A DNA stretch of 64,000 bases from an uncultured Candidatus Saccharibacteria bacterium (GCA_964628095.1 CAZVLR010000002.1:12795-76794); one strand, 5' to 3'. Shown: positions 26,118-35,506, counted from the first letter of the stretch. Numbers and translations are program-made. Notes: generated by a model from the letters alone, not told the origin.

Positions 26118-26190
26118 TGCGCCTGGATGGGATCGAACCATCGACCCCCACTTTATAAGAGTGGTGCTCTAACCACTGAGCTACAGGCGC
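26118..26190 (-). tRNA. tRNA-Ile (anticodon TAT)
   Basis: Acceptor GCGCCTG/CAGGCGC, D arm GCTC-AGTGGTTA-GAGC, anticodon stem CCACT/AGTGG with loop CTTATAA (34-36 = TAT), T arm GATGG-TTCGATC-CCATC. Confidence 0.8.
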
Positions 26191-26205
26191 TTTAAATTTA
26201 AAAAC

Positions 26206-28071
26206 TTAAAGCTTGGCCTTTTTTGGTGCGGATGATTCTTTTTCCGATTTGAACTGTGTTTTTATTAATTTCTCAAATTCTTCCCTTTCAATGGTTTCCT
26301 TTTCTATTAAAGTGTGGGCCACCTTGTGCAGCAGCTCTTTTTTCTTAAGCAGTATTTTCTCGGCCGACTTCTGGGCTTCTTCAATAAATTTAGCCACTTC
26401 TTTGTCGATTTTAGCCGCTACCTCTTCTGAATAATTCCTTTGGTCGGAAATCTCCCGGCCCAAGAATACCATTTCTTCCTTGTCGCCAAAAGCAATCGGG
26501 CCCAAGGACGACATGCCGTATTCTTTTACCAGTTTTCGGGCTAATTCCGAAGCTTTTCCTAGATCGTTGGAAGCGCCGGTAGTCAGCTCGTTGAATTTAA
26601 TTTTCTCGGCCGTGTAGCCGCCCAATAAAGTGGCTAATTCGGCTAAGAACTCGGTTTTGGTTGTAATTCTTCTTTCTTCGGTTGGCATTTTTAAAGTATA
26701 ACCTGCGGCCATGCCCCGGGCGATAATGGAAATTTTCCTGATAGGTTCGGCTCCGGGGGAGAAGGTAGATACCAACGCGTGGCCGGCTTCGTGAAAAGCG
26801 GCAATCTCTTTTTCCCTTTTGGAAAGCACGTGGCTTTTTCTTTCCGGTCCCAGCAGGGTTTTATCGATTGATTCCAGCATTTCGTCTTGGAACACCTGGG
26901 TTTTGTTTCTTCTGGCTGCTAATATCGCCGCTTCGTTTACTAAATTAGCCAAATCCGCGCCTGAAAAGCCCGGCGTTCTTTCGGCGATCTCCCGCAAATT
27001 AATATTTAAAGATAAGGGTTTGCCCTTGCAGTGGATTTTCATAATTTCTTCTCGGTCGTTTACATCGGGTAAGTCCAGCACTACCCGGCGGTCGAATCTT
27101 CCCGGTCTTAACAGGGCCGGATCTAAAACGTCGGGCCGGTTGGTAGCGGCAAAAATCAAAACCGTTGATTCTTTTTCAAAGCCGTCCATTTCCACCAAGA
27201 TTTGGTTTAAAGTTTGTTCTCTTTCGTCGTGTCCACCGCCAATGCCCGTGCCTCTAACTCGGCCAATGGCATCCAGTTCGTCAATAAAAATAATGCTGGG
27301 CTGGTGTTTTTTGGCCGTATTGAATAGGTCTCGAGTTCTGGCCGCACCTACGCCTACAAATAGCTCTACTAATTCCGAACCGGCAGTAGAAAAGAAAGGT
27401 ACGCCGGCTTCTGCAGCTACAGCTCGGGCCAGTAAGGTCTTACCCGTGCCCGGGGGGCCCATTAAGATAACACCCTTGGGGATTCGGGCGCCCATTTCAA
27501 GAAACTTTTTGGGGTTTTTAAGAAAGTCCACCACTTCCGCCAGCTCTTCTTTGGCTTCTTTTAAGCCAGCCACGTCTTTGAAAGTAATTTTATCTTTGGA
27601 ATGGCCTTCGGCGCCAAAAAGCCGGGCTCGGGCTTTGGTAAAATCAAAAGCCTGCATGGTGCCGGTTTTGGCCTGCCTAAAAATCATAAAAAAGAAAACA
27701 ATGAATACCAGTAAGGGAAGTACAAAAATTAAAATCGGACCTAGCCAGGTGGTCCAACCACTTTCGTTTTTAGTTTCAATTTGTACTGCTTTTAATTTGT
27801 CTTGGCTTACGCCGTAGTTAATAAGCGATTCTGATAAAGAGCTTTCGGTTTCTTTTCGGGCATTGACCTTGGAATCATCCTGATAGGTGATCTGCATGTC
27901 GTTTCCCGAAACCGTAATGCTTTTAATCTTGCCCTGGTTTATTTCTTCAACCAGTTGCGTCAGCGACAGCACCTTTTTATCTTCAAAAGGAGAGGAAACC
28001 AAAGTAAAAATCGCTGAGATTGCCAGGAAAACCAGAATTACAATTATGAAATTTTTTAATAACGCGTTCAT
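26206..28071 (-). CDS. ftsH: ATP-dependent zinc metalloprotease FtsH
   Basis: Two N-terminal TM segments, AAA+ Walker [16 protein letters not shown], Walker [12 protein letters not shown], and the zinc motif HEAGHAL. Confidence 0.95.
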   Translation of the reverse strand: MNALLKNFIIVILVFLAISAIFTLVSSPFEDKKVLSLTQLVEEINQGKIKSITVSGNDMQITYQDDSKVNARKETESSLSESLINYGVSQDKLKAVQIETKNESGWTTWLGPILIFVLPLLVFIVFFFMIFRQAKTGTMQAFDFTKARARLFGAEGHSKDKITFKDVAGLKEAKEELAEVVDFLKNPKKFLEMGARIPKGVILMGPPGTGKTLLARAVAAEAGVPFFSTAGSELVELFVGVGAARTRDLFNTAKKHQPSIIFIDELDAIGRVRGTGIGGGHDEREQTLNQILVEMDGFEKESTVLIFAATNRPDVLDPALLRPGRFDRRVVLDLPDVNDREEIMKIHCKGKPLSLNINLREIAERTPGFSGADLANLVNEAAILAARRNKTQVFQDEMLESIDKTLLGPERKSHVLSKREKEIAAFHEAGHALVSTFSPGAEPIRKISIIARGMAAGYTLKMPTEERRITTKTEFLAELATLLGGYTAEKIKFNELTTGASNDLGKASELARKLVKEYGMSSLGPIAFGDKEEMVFLGREISDQRNYSEEVAAKIDKEVAKFIEEAQKSAEKILLKKKELLHKVAHTLIEKETIEREEFEKLIKTQFKSEKESSAPKKAKL

Positions 28072-28078
28072 TTGAGTA

Positions 28079-28111
28079 ATTATAATATATCACAGATTTA
28101 TAAAATTTCAA
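28079..28111 (-). promoter_or_regulatory. promoter region abutting the ftsH start
   Basis: Minus strand reads TTGAAA (28111-28106) ... TGTGATATATTATAAT. TATAAT (28084-28079) is followed by 7 nt and then ATG 28071. No SD. Confidence 0.4.
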
Positions 28112-28146
28112 ATAAAAAGAGACCCTTGGATAAACCTTAGGTCTCT
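28111..28146 (-). terminator. terminator of the zinc-ribbon gene
   Basis: AGAGACC (28118-28124) pairs with GGTCTCT (28140-28146). On the minus strand it is followed by TTTTATT. Confidence 0.5.
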
Positions 28147-28197
28147 TTATTGGAGATAGGAAGAAAATGTTTGGCAATTGTTTTTCAGTGTGGCGTG

Positions 28198-28659
28198 CTA
28201 TGCGCTTGCGCTCTGGACGAGCTTTAACTGGGGCTGTTGATCTTTGCCACCGTTAAGAAAGCCCTCGATAAAGGCGATATTCTGTTCGAACGCCTTTATT
28301 TGGTAGTGCAGCTTGTTTCCGCCTTTTTCCTGCCACAGGGTCTTTTTCTTCTGGGCCAGAGCTTCTTTGAAAACATCATCGTCAGCCCAGCCTCCGTTCA
28401 GCGCGTTCTTTATAGCTCTGTAGGCTTCATCCCTCACATTTTCCTGGAGCTGCTTGTAAGCTTCCTGGCTTTTTTCCAGCTTGATTCTGAGATCTTCAAG
28501 CCGGTTTTCCATGTGGGGTTTTGCCCAGGCTGCGGGGGTGATGATTCTGCCTTCTGCCAGTGCCTTGCCTGCCTCTATTACATACTCCTGGTAGCAAATC
28601 GGGCATACAAGGTCTCTTTCGTGCTTCTTTTCTGCGTCACAAATGGGGCATTGTTTCAT
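28198..28659 (-). CDS. hypothetical zinc-ribbon plus coiled-coil protein (start moved to the SD-led ATG)
   Basis: MKQCPICDAEKKHERDLVCPICYQ (CPxC...CPxC) followed by a helical K/E/Q-rich region. ATG 28659 is preceded by GAGAGGAGGGATTACC. The sampled GC is higher than in the flanks. Confidence 0.65.
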   Translation of the reverse strand: MKQCPICDAEKKHERDLVCPICYQEYVIEAGKALAEGRIITPAAWAKPHMENRLEDLRIKLEKSQEAYKQLQENVRDEAYRAIKNALNGGWADDDVFKEALAQKKKTLWQEKGGNKLHYQIKAFEQNIAFIEGFLNGGKDQQPQLKLVQSASA

Positions 28660-28720
28660 GGTAATCCCTCCTCTCGTTTTTATATATCCTATCTCCTTTA
28701 AATGTACTGCTATAATATTA

Positions 28721-28729
28721 ACTATATCA
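28721..28729 (-). promoter_or_regulatory. extended -10 promoter of the zinc-ribbon gene
   Basis: Minus strand reads TTTTGTGATATAGTTAAT, with TGA-TATAGT at 28729-28721. The same block occurs upstream of valS. Confidence 0.4.
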
Positions 28730-28762
28730 CAAAATAAAAAATCTGTCAAGGATATGACAGAT
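28730..28762 (-). terminator. terminator after the S1 gene
   Basis: CTGTCA (28743-28748) pairs with TGACAG (28755-28760). On the minus strand it is followed by ATTTTTTATTTT. Confidence 0.55.
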
Positions 28763-28787
28763 GTGTTTCTTTGAAATGTTTTCTGTT

Positions 28788-29882
28788 TTATTCCACTAAT
28801 TTTAAGCTCATGCGGTGCTCTTTGGGGTCGATAGTTACAATTTGAAAATCATATTGCTGGCCGATCTGCAGCTTTTCCTCCATTTTGGGCCGGCTGCCGA
28901 ATTCCGAAATATGGCATAAGCCCTGAATTTTTGGCGTTAACTGGACAAAGGCGCCAAAGGGGTTAAATTTGGTTACGTCGCCCCTTACCTTGTCTCCTTT
29001 TTGGTACTGCTTTTCAATTTCCTGCCAAGGGTCTTCCTTTAAAGCCTTTAAAGAAAGCGAAACTTTACCGTTGGAAATATCGATTATTTTAGCCTTAACT
29101 TTTTCTCCGGTTTTTACAACATCGCCCGGGTTTTCGATTAGCTGCCAGTCGAGCTCGGAAATATGAATTAAGCCTTCCATTTCCAGACCGCCCTGAGCAT
29201 CGGAAAACTTCATGAAAGCGCCAAAGTCGACAATGCCGGTAATCTCGCCCTCTACCACATCTTCTGTCTTAAAGTTCTTGAGGTTTTCCTTCATTTTTTC
29301 CGCCTCTTTCATTTTTTCAGAAAGGATAAGCTTTCCGGTTTTGGGGTCCAAATCGAAAATTTGCACCGCCATTTCCTGGCCGATAAATTTTTGCAGCTCC
29401 CTTAATATTTTATCTGTTTCGCCGCCCTCCACCTTTGGGTAGTTGGCACCGGACAATTGGGAAACAGGCAGAAAGGCCGGCACGCCGGCAATTTCAGCCA
29501 AAAGCCCGCCCTTATTGGCGCCGGTAATCCTTACGGTAATTAGTTCTTTGCCGTTTTTCTTATCAAATAAAGAATCCCAGGTAAGTTCCCGCCCAGCCTG
29601 ATTAATGGACAATTCAATATAGCCGTCTTCGTTTTCCAAATCGGTAATTTTAGCCATTATCGTGTCGCCGATTTTAAGGTCTTTTAGCACGTACTTGGCG
29701 TCGATAAATTCCTTGCCGTAGATAATTCCCGCGCCAATGGCTCCCAAATCCAAAAACATGGTGCCTTTTTTCTTGCCTATTACCTTGCCCTTTATAATTT
29801 CACCGATCTTGGGCGGTTTGATTAAATTATTTTCAGCGAGAATGTCTTTATTCATTGTTTGTGATATCCTTTTATATATCAT
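28788..29882 (-). CDS. rpsA: S1 RNA-binding domain protein (30S ribosomal protein S1-like, four S1 repeats)
   Basis: Repeated S1 OB-fold units (GxxxxGxV...G..G.i..se). 364 aa. An alternative start is ATG 29855 (MNKDIL...). Confidence 0.85.
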   Translation of the reverse strand: MIYKRISQTMNKDILAENNLIKPPKIGEIIKGKVIGKKKGTMFLDLGAIGAGIIYGKEFIDAKYVLKDLKIGDTIMAKITDLENEDGYIELSINQAGRELTWDSLFDKKNGKELITVRITGANKGGLLAEIAGVPAFLPVSQLSGANYPKVEGGETDKILRELQKFIGQEMAVQIFDLDPKTGKLILSEKMKEAEKMKENLKNFKTEDVVEGEITGIVDFGAFMKFSDAQGGLEMEGLIHISELDWQLIENPGDVVKTGEKVKAKIIDISNGKVSLSLKALKEDPWQEIEKQYQKGDKVRGDVTKFNPFGAFVQLTPKIQGLCHISEFGSRPKMEEKLQIGQQYDFQIVTIDPKEHRMSLKLVE

Positions 29883-29974
29883 ATAATTTTTAGGCGTGCA
29901 AGAGTTTTGTTAGAACAAGAGAGAGTTGAAGAGATATTTTTTTTATGATAAAATAAAACAATCAAATAAAAACC

Positions 29975-30625
29975 ATGCAGATTATTTGGCACGGACAATC
30001 TTTTTTTGAAATTATCGCCGGTCGCGCAAAGAACGGCCAGGTGGTTTTGGTTATAGATCCTTTTTCAGAGGAGATCGGTTTAAGATTCCCCAAGGTGTCA
30101 GCCGATATCGTGGCTGTTACCAGCGATTTGCCCGATCATAACAACGCAAAAGCGGTGGCGGGAAACTCTAATGAAGCCCCGTTTTTAATTTCGGGCCCGG
30201 GCGAATACGAAGTAAAAGAAATTTACATCCAGGGGATTTTGAGCAATAAAAACAATGGCAAGGAAAACACGATTTTTACCATTAAAGCTGAGGATTTAAA
30301 AATCTGCCACTTGGGCGATTTGGCCCAAAAAGAGTTGACTTCTGAACAGGTAGAGCAGATTGGCGACGTTGATGTTTTAATGATTCCCGTGGGCGGGAAC
30401 AATACCATCGATGGCAAGGAGGCTTTAAAAATCATGTCCCAAATAGAGCCCAAAATTATCATACCCATGCATTACATGCTGCCCAAATTAAAAACGAAAT
30501 TGGAAGACGCTGATAAGTTTTTAAAATCCGTAGGCGTGAAAAAAGTTGAGCCCTTGCCCAAGCTGACTATTAAGAAAAAAGACATATCCGAGGAAGAAGT
30601 AAAGATTATTATTTTAAAACCTTAA
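29975..30625 (+). CDS. MBL-fold metal-dependent hydrolase (UPF0173-like)
   Basis: MQIIWHGQSFFEI N-terminus, the ...SDLPDHNN, HLGDL and IPMHY pattern, and about 216 aa. Confidence 0.75.
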   Translation: MQIIWHGQSFFEIIAGRAKNGQVVLVIDPFSEEIGLRFPKVSADIVAVTSDLPDHNNAKAVAGNSNEAPFLISGPGEYEVKEIYIQGILSNKNNGKENTIFTIKAEDLKICHLGDLAQKELTSEQVEQIGDVDVLMIPVGGNNTIDGKEALKIMSQIEPKIIIPMHYMLPKLKTKLEDADKFLKSVGVKKVEPLPKLTIKKKDISEEEVKIIILKP

Positions 30626-30945
30626 TGAAGTTTTTAGAGCAGCTGCAACAACGCCCTGAATGGCAGAGAAAAATGATTTTATGGTTGGTGGTAATAATCT
30701 TGGGAATTTTACTTGTTTTTTTATATATTAGAAGTATCCAAAAAAGCGCCCAGAGCGCCAACTGGGACGATTTTTTTAAAAGATTAAATGTTTCTTCTTT
30801 GCAGGAGGGTTGGAACAAGACCAATGATGAGATTAAGCAAAGTGCGCCTCAGGTTAATCAGTCAGAAATAGACAAACAGGTTCAGGAAGAAATGGAAAGG
30901 CAAAAAACAGAATTCGAAAAGCAAGCTTCCACTTCAAACAATTAA
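30625..30945 (+). CDS. hypothetical single-pass membrane protein
   Basis: One TM segment (MILWLVVIILGILLVFLYI) then a Q/E-rich tail. Its start overlaps the previous stop (TAATG). Confidence 0.55.
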   Translation: MKFLEQLQQRPEWQRKMILWLVVIILGILLVFLYIRSIQKSAQSANWDDFFKRLNVSSLQEGWNKTNDEIKQSAPQVNQSEIDKQVQEEMERQKTEFEKQASTSNN

Positions 30946-30951
30946 TATTTT

Positions 30952-33435
30952 ATGCCCAAAAGCCCAAAAGAGCAAAACTTAAAAATAGGATACATTAAGC
31001 CGCGCGATATTACCGAAGAAATGAAAGACAGCTATATCGATTATGCCATGTCGGTAATCGTGTCGCGCGCTCTGCCCGACGTTAGAGACGGCTTAAAGCC
31101 GGTGCACCGCCGGATTTTGTATACTATGTATGAAGACGGTTTAACTCATGCCGCCAAATTCCGCAAATCGGCTAACGTGGTGGGTGCTTGCTTGGGCCGG
31201 TATCATCCCCACGGAGACCAGGCGGTTTATGATTCTTCCATGAGAATGGCCCAGGATTTTTCTTTGCGCTACACCTTAATTCAGGGCCAGGGCAACGTTG
31301 GTTCGATTGACGACCCGGGCGAATACGCAGCCATGCGTTATACGGAAATGCGGCTTTCCAAGATTGGCGAGGAAATGCTTAATGATATCGAAAAAAATAC
31401 GGTTAATTTTATCGATAACTACGACGGCACCAGAAAGGAGCCCATGGTTTTACCTTCGCCTCTTCCCCAATTGTTATTAAACGGTTCTTTGGGCATTGCC
31501 GTTGGCATGGCTACCAATATTCCGCCGCATAACTTAACAGAATTATGCGACGCTTTAAATTATTTAATCGACCATCCCAAAGCCGACACCGAAGAGCTTC
31601 TTAAATTCGTCAAAGGCCCGGATTTTCCGACCGGCGGCCAGATTTTTAATCAAAAAGACATTGTTACTGCTTATACCCAGGGCAAGGGGCCGATTGTCAG
31701 CCGGGGCAAGGCGGAGATTGTAGAGCAGGAAAAATCGGGGCGCCAGCAGATTATAATTTCCGAAATTCCCTATCAGGTGCAAAAAGCGGGCTTGGTGGAG
31801 CAGATTGCCAATTTGGCCTCGGAAAAAAGAATTGAAGGCATAAAAGACATCCGTGACGAGTCCGATAAAGAAGGTATGCGGGTGGTAATCGAGCTGCAGC
31901 GGGACGCGGTAGCTCAAAAGGTTTTAAACCGCCTTTACAAATTTACCGATCTGCAAAAAACTTTTCATTTAAATCTTTTAGCCCTGGTTGACGGCTTGCA
32001 GCCGAGAGTTCTGAACCTGCAAGAGATTCTTAGCTACTTTATCCAGCACAGGCAGGATGTGATAATAAGAAGAACCAAATATGATTTGGAAAAAGCCAAA
32101 GAGCGGGTGCATATTTTAGAAGGTTTGTACATTGCGCTGTCTAAAATCGATGCGGTAATCAGCACTATCCGCAAGTCAAAGGACCGGGACGAGGCTAAGA
32201 ATAATTTAATGAAGCGTTTTAAATTAACTGAGATTCAGGCCAATGCCATTTTGGAGATAAAGCTGCAGCAACTGGCTAAATTGGAAAGGTTTAAAATCGA
32301 GGAAGAGTTAAAAGAAAAAAAGAAATTAATAAAAGAATTAACAGATATTTTAAAAAGCCCGCAGAAGATAAAAGAAGTGGTTAAGAAAGAACTGAAAGAG
32401 ATAAAGGATAAATATGGGGATGAACGCCGGACCAAAGTTTCGGTTCAGAAAATCGGCGAAATTGCCGAAGAAGATTTAATCCCTCAGGAAGAAACGATTA
32501 TTACCCTAACCCAGGGCGGATACATTAAAAGAATTAATCCCAAAACCTATAAAATACAAAAACGGGGGGGCAAGGGTATAGTAGGTATGAAAACTTTGCA
32601 GGATGATACGGTAGAGCATTTCTTGGCCGCTCAAACCCACGACAACCTGCTATTCTTTACCGATTTGGGCAAGGTTTTCCGTACGCCTGTTTATGAAATT
32701 CCCGAAGGCACCAGAGTGGCGCGGGGCCGTGGGCTACTTAACTTTTTGGAGATTTCCGGCCAGGAAAAAGTTCTGTCTTTAATTCCTTCGGGCAAGGAAG
32801 ACAAGGAAGCCAATGTAAAGTACTTAGTGATGACCACCAAAAATGGTATAATAAAGAAAACCGAGCTGGACAGTTTTGAAAATGTGCGCAAATCCGGCTT
32901 AATTGCAATTACTCTTAAAAAAGACGATCTGCTTAAAAAAGTAATAAAGAGCACGGGCCATGACGAGGTGATGCTGGTCACTAAAAAGGGCCAAGCCATC
33001 AGGTTTAAGGAAAAACAGATTAGAGACATGGGCCGGACTGCTTCGGGGGTAAAAGCTATGCGCTTGAAAAAAGGAGACTATATTGTGGGTGCAGATGTGA
33101 TCAAGGCCAATTTGCCCGAAAAAAGCAAGGTGCCCAATCATTTGCTGGTGGTAATGGAAAACGGCTATGGCAAAAGAACCGACTTGAAAGAATACAAGCT
33201 TCAGGGCCGAGGGGGATCGGGCATTAAAGCCGCCAAAGTAACGCCTAAAACCGGCGACATTGTTTTCTCGGCGGTTTTAACGGGCGAGGAAGAAGACCTG
33301 ATTGTTATTTCTCAAAAAGGCCAAGTAATAAGAACGGAAATTAAGAATATTGCCAAGATTTCCCGAGCCACCCAGGGAGTAAGAATTATGAAATTGGAAC
33401 CGGGGGACAAGGTGGCTTCTGCCGCCTGCATTTAA
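30952..33435 (+). CDS. gyrA: DNA gyrase subunit A
   Basis: [27 protein letters not shown], active-site region AAMRYTE, and C-terminal beta-pinwheel repeats. Confidence 0.95.
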   Translation: MPKSPKEQNLKIGYIKPRDITEEMKDSYIDYAMSVIVSRALPDVRDGLKPVHRRILYTMYEDGLTHAAKFRKSANVVGACLGRYHPHGDQAVYDSSMRMAQDFSLRYTLIQGQGNVGSIDDPGEYAAMRYTEMRLSKIGEEMLNDIEKNTVNFIDNYDGTRKEPMVLPSPLPQLLLNGSLGIAVGMATNIPPHNLTELCDALNYLIDHPKADTEELLKFVKGPDFPTGGQIFNQKDIVTAYTQGKGPIVSRGKAEIVEQEKSGRQQIIISEIPYQVQKAGLVEQIANLASEKRIEGIKDIRDESDKEGMRVVIELQRDAVAQKVLNRLYKFTDLQKTFHLNLLALVDGLQPRVLNLQEILSYFIQHRQDVIIRRTKYDLEKAKERVHILEGLYIALSKIDAVISTIRKSKDRDEAKNNLMKRFKLTEIQANAILEIKLQQLAKLERFKIEEELKEKKKLIKELTDILKSPQKIKEVVKKELKEIKDKYGDERRTKVSVQKIGEIAEEDLIPQEETIITLTQGGYIKRINPKTYKIQKRGGKGIVGMKTLQDDTVEHFLAAQTHDNLLFFTDLGKVFRTPVYEIPEGTRVARGRGLLNFLEISGQEKVLSLIPSGKEDKEANVKYLVMTTKNGIIKKTELDSFENVRKSGLIAITLKKDDLLKKVIKSTGHDEVMLVTKKGQAIRFKEKQIRDMGRTASGVKAMRLKKGDYIVGADVIKANLPEKSKVPNHLLVVMENGYGKRTDLKEYKLQGRGGSGIKAAKVTPKTGDIVFSAVLTGEEEDLIVISQKGQVIRTEIKNIAKISRATQGVRIMKLEPGDKVASAACI

Positions 33436-33446
33436 AAGACTAATAT

Positions 33447-33971
33447 ATGGAACCATTTTTAAATCCGCCGCAAGTTTTAGCCCAGTTGGAATACCACAAA
33501 AGAATGGTGGCCGCTGATTTTGGTTCGGGTTCGGGCGGTTGGGCTTTACCCCTGGCCAAAATTCTAGAAGACGGCAAGGTTTATGCCATTGATTTGCTGC
33601 CCGCGCCCCTTTCAGCCTTAAAGAGCCGGTTAACAGCGGAAAAGATACTTAATATTGAGATAGTTTGTTCCAATATTGAGGAAAAGAACGGTTCCAAACT
33701 TAAAAACGAAAGCGTTGATTTGGTATTAATGACCAATTTTCTTTTTCAAGTTGAGAAAAAAGACCTGGTTTTTGAGGAGGCTAAGAGAATTTTGAGAGCT
33801 AAGGGTAAGATTTTGGTGGTTGATTGGAAAAACGACAGCGTGCTTGGCCCGGAAAACGGCCGCTTTCCGGCCGAAAAAGCCAAGGAAGTTGCCAAGGCCC
33901 ACGGTTTTGTTTTGGAAAATGAATTCTCGGCCGGTAAGAGCCACTACGCCCTGGTATTTACAAAGGCTTGA
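33447..33971 (+). CDS. class I SAM-dependent methyltransferase
   Basis: Motif I VADFGSGSGGWALPLA and the post-I acidic AIDL. Confidence 0.8.
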   Translation: MEPFLNPPQVLAQLEYHKRMVAADFGSGSGGWALPLAKILEDGKVYAIDLLPAPLSALKSRLTAEKILNIEIVCSNIEEKNGSKLKNESVDLVLMTNFLFQVEKKDLVFEEAKRILRAKGKILVVDWKNDSVLGPENGRFPAEKAKEVAKAHGFVLENEFSAGKSHYALVFTKA

Positions 33972-34004
33972 TAATTAATCTTATATTTATTACAATTTAT
34001 TAAG

Positions 34005-34352
34005 ATGAAAAAGATACTTTTTTACGCTTTCATTCTGACTTTTTTACTGGCCCTGCCTTTGCCTTTTTTAAATCAGGCTTTTGGGGCTCAGATTACAATT
34101 CCTAATCCTTTAAATTATGACTCTGTTGAAGAGTTAATTAAGGCGATCATTGATTTTCTGTGGACCCTGGCCTTGGTTTTAGTTCCTCTTTTGGTGGTAA
34201 TTGCGGGCTTTTTGTTTATTACCGCCGGCGGGGATCCCCAGAAGGTAACTAACGCCAAAAGAATGATCACTTATATTATTGTCGGTTTTTTGGTTATTGC
34301 CTCGGCCAAAGGCCTAATTACTTTAATTCAAACAGTAATTAATAAAAAGTAA
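34005..34352 (+). CDS. VirB2/TrbC-like (T4SS pilin-like) small membrane protein, copy 1 (most divergent)
   Basis: Signal peptide (..AFGA/Q), two TM helices joined by the loop ITAGGDPQKVTNAKR. 115 aa. Confidence 0.6.
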   Translation: MKKILFYAFILTFLLALPLPFLNQAFGAQITIPNPLNYDSVEELIKAIIDFLWTLALVLVPLLVVIAGFLFITAGGDPQKVTNAKRMITYIIVGFLVIASAKGLITLIQTVINKK

Positions 34353-34363
34353 ATAACAATTAT

Positions 34364-34708
34364 ATGATAAAAAAATATTATTTGTCGTTAATATTAATAC
34401 TTTTAGCCATACCGTCGGTTTATTCGGCACAAAACAATGCAGGATACAACAACGTAGCTCCGCCCAACATAAGTTCACAGGGCATGTGGAATCTATTAGA
34501 TAAGATTATCAGTTACCTCTTCGGCATCTTTTTAGCGTTTGCTGTTATCTTTTTTATCATCGCTGCTTTTAACTTTATCACCGCTCAGGGCGAGCCCGAA
34601 AAAGTAAAAAGAGCCCGAGACTTTGTTCTTTGGGCGTTAATCGGTGTGCTGGTGGCTTTTGTTTCAAGGGGCTTAATCGAATTTATTAAGGGCCTAGTGG
34701 GCTCTTAA
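34364..34708 (+). CDS. VirB2/TrbC-like small membrane protein, copy 2
   Basis: Signal peptide (..VYSA/Q), TM1, FNFITAQGEPEKVKRARDFVLWALIG, TM2. Confidence 0.6.
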   Translation: MIKKYYLSLILILLAIPSVYSAQNNAGYNNVAPPNISSQGMWNLLDKIISYLFGIFLAFAVIFFIIAAFNFITAQGEPEKVKRARDFVLWALIGVLVAFVSRGLIEFIKGLVGS

Positions 34709-34740
34709 AAGTTTATTAATATTAAATAATCTTAATAAAA

Positions 34741-35055
34741 ATGAAAAAACATTTATTCTTAATTGCTTTATTATTGATATCGCCTTTAATGGTGGCAGCG
34801 GCAGAGACAATCCCAGATGTTGATATTTTTAAACTACTTACCAATATTACCAATTATCTTTTTGGTATATTACTGGCTACAGCGGTAATTTTCTTTATTA
34901 TAGCCGGGTTTAATTTTGTCACTGCTCAGGGCGATCCTGAAAAGGTAAAAAGAGCCCGGGATTTTGTTTTGTGGGCCATAATTGGTTTATTGGTAGCCTT
35001 TGTTTCAGTGGGCCTGGTTAACTTTATTAAAGCATTAGCAGAAAGTAGTAAATAA
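34741..35055 (+). CDS. VirB2/TrbC-like small membrane protein, copy 3
   Basis: Signal peptide (..VAAA/E), TM1, FNFVTAQGDPEKVKRARDFVLWAIIG, TM2. Confidence 0.6.
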   Translation: MKKHLFLIALLLISPLMVAAAETIPDVDIFKLLTNITNYLFGILLATAVIFFIIAGFNFVTAQGDPEKVKRARDFVLWAIIGLLVAFVSVGLVNFIKALAESSK

Positions 35056-35099
35056 CAAAAATAAAAAGGTCGAAACTTATACATTAAAGGAATAAAAAT

Positions 35100-35444
35100 A
35101 TGAAAAAAATATTACCATATTTAACGAGTATTTTGGTGGCACTGCCCATTATTGTTTCGGCACAAAATGCCTATACTCCAACTTATCCGCCCAAGCCCGA
35201 TATTTGGCTTTTACTTAATACGATTATTGCCTGGTTGTTTGGAATTTTACTTATCGTTGCTGTTATCTTTTTGATTATTGCCGGCTTTTTCTTTATTACC
35301 GCCCAGGGAGATCCGGATAGAGTTAAAAAAGCGAGAGACTTTGTATTGTGGGCAATTATTGGTATTTTGGTAGCTTTTGCCGCTCGCGGTTTGGTTTGGT
35401 TTGTGAATCAATTAGTTAGTACTAGCAGTATTCCGGGCGCTTAG
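35100..35444 (+). CDS. VirB2/TrbC-like small membrane protein, copy 4
   Basis: Signal peptide (..IVSA/Q), TM1, FFFITAQGDPDRVKKARDFVLWAIIG, TM2. Confidence 0.6.
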   Translation: MKKILPYLTSILVALPIIVSAQNAYTPTYPPKPDIWLLLNTIIAWLFGILLIVAVIFLIIAGFFFITAQGDPDRVKKARDFVLWAIIGILVAFAARGLVWFVNQLVSTSSIPGA

Positions 35445-35470
35445 GACATGGCCAAATTTAAAAGCACTAA

Positions 35471-35506
35471 AAAGCAGGCGCTGTTTTAACGCCTGCTTTT
35501 ATTTTT
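35471..35506 (+). terminator. terminator after the pilin-like array
   Basis: AAAGCAGGCG (35471-35480) pairs with CGCCTGCTTT (35490-35499), followed by TATTTTT. Confidence 0.7.

Noticed and set aside
26819-27817. 332-aa ORF antisense to ftsH
   Set aside because: It lies entirely opposite a highly conserved ftsH coding region. Its translation is low-complexity and Ser/Pro/Lys-rich with no motif. Long stop-free antisense frames are expected opposite genes with this codon bias.
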